A DNA stretch of 64,000 nt, taken from an uncultured Spirochaetota bacterium (GTDB taxonomy: Bacteria > Spirochaetota > UBA4802 > UBA5550). The notes beneath the pieces are model-generated. The model ran no database searches, was not told where the DNA came from, and saw only the letters and a list, made by a program, of their open reading frames with translations. Of this stretch, positions 63,604-64,000 are shown piece after piece. How positions within the stretch are numbered: the first letter of the stretch is position 1; the number at the start of each line of letters is the position of its first letter. The position numbers were made by a program, and so were the translations under genes. The stretch is taken from positions 224,001 through 288,000 of the forward strand of contig CAWHAA010000004.1 in the NCBI GenBank assembly GCA_963827275.1. Direction: 5' to 3'.

Positions 63604-63651
63604 GTTTAAAGGATTTAACCATACGGTTAAATCCTTTAAACACGCGGTTAA
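63604..63651. promoter_or_regulatory. Putative TetR operator
   Basis: Perfect 17-bp inverted repeat GTTTAAAGGATTTAACC-ATAC-GGTTAAATCCTTTAAAC, plus overlapping TTAAAC-N4-GGTTAA, between TTGACA (63589) and the tetR ATG. Confidence 0.75.
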
Positions 63652-63654
63652 TCA

Positions 63655-64000
63655 ATGGAGAGGAAAGCAAAAAAACCCCGGTGCGCCGGAAAGGACCCGG
63701 AGCGGGCAAAAGACCGCATATTATCTGCGGCCAAGAAGGAATTCGCCGAGCAGGGTTTCAGCGGCGCCCGCATGTCCGCGATCGCGAAACGCGCATCGGT
63801 CAACAAGGCGTTGATCCATTACTATTTCAGGGACAAGGATTCCCTGTACGAGGAGGTCCTCCGGCGGATTTTCAGGGGCGATGACGCCTCCGCGTCCCTG
63901 CCGGAATACATAGGGAAATGGGACCTCACCCCCTCGCAGAATCTGTATGTGACCATATTTTTCATCGTGAATATCTTCACGAAAGCGATGGACCCGGAGG
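63655..64000 (+). CDS. TetR/AcrR family regulator (truncated by window end)
   Basis: RILSAAKKEFAEQGFSGARMSAIAKRASVNKALIHYYFRDKDSLY; open to the window edge and absent from the ORF track. Confidence 0.93.
   Translation, partial: MERKAKKPRCAGKDPERAKDRILSAAKKEFAEQGFSGARMSAIAKRASVNKALIHYYFRDKDSLYEEVLRRIFRGDDASASLPEYIGKWDLTPSQNLYVTIFFIVNIFTKAMDPE

Overview
A GC-rich (roughly 60% by eye) bacterial chromosomal segment, very probably from a free-living, anaerobic member of the Spirochaetota. The taxonomic call rests on a P83/100-family protein, an FlcA-like flagellar-collar TPR protein and several Leptospira/Treponema-style envelope proteins. The window holds about 55 genes and no rRNA, tRNA, CRISPR array, transposase or prophage that I can see. 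Main blocks: (i) a sigma54 nitrogen module (NifA-like GAF-AAA+-HTH activator, two palindromic upstream sites, a -24/-12 promoter, amtB, PII, a TorF-like porin, then an NCS2 purine permease); (ii) a Liv-type ABC transporter with duplicated binding proteins plus paaK, and a second paaK-ACT locus; (iii) signalling genes (HD-GYP, Crp-like, PP2C, two MCPs, STAS, TetR); (iv) a peroxiredoxin-like selenoprotein (UPYC) that the ORF track splits at an in-frame TGA; (v) an ECF sigma / membrane partner / Fn3-beta-barrel operon whose last two products share one small domain; (vi) a secreted protein with 8x17-aa and 9x12-aa repeats; (vii) a signal-peptide-bearing YidD with two TPR-membrane paralogs; and (viii) several families of REP-like intergenic repeats. 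Many single-base frameshifts cluster at 18.8-21.3 kb, 44.5-45.6 kb, 49.1 kb, 54.0 kb and 58-62.4 kb, and most look like long-read assembly indels rather than real pseudogenes. All family assignments come from motif recognition, not database searches.
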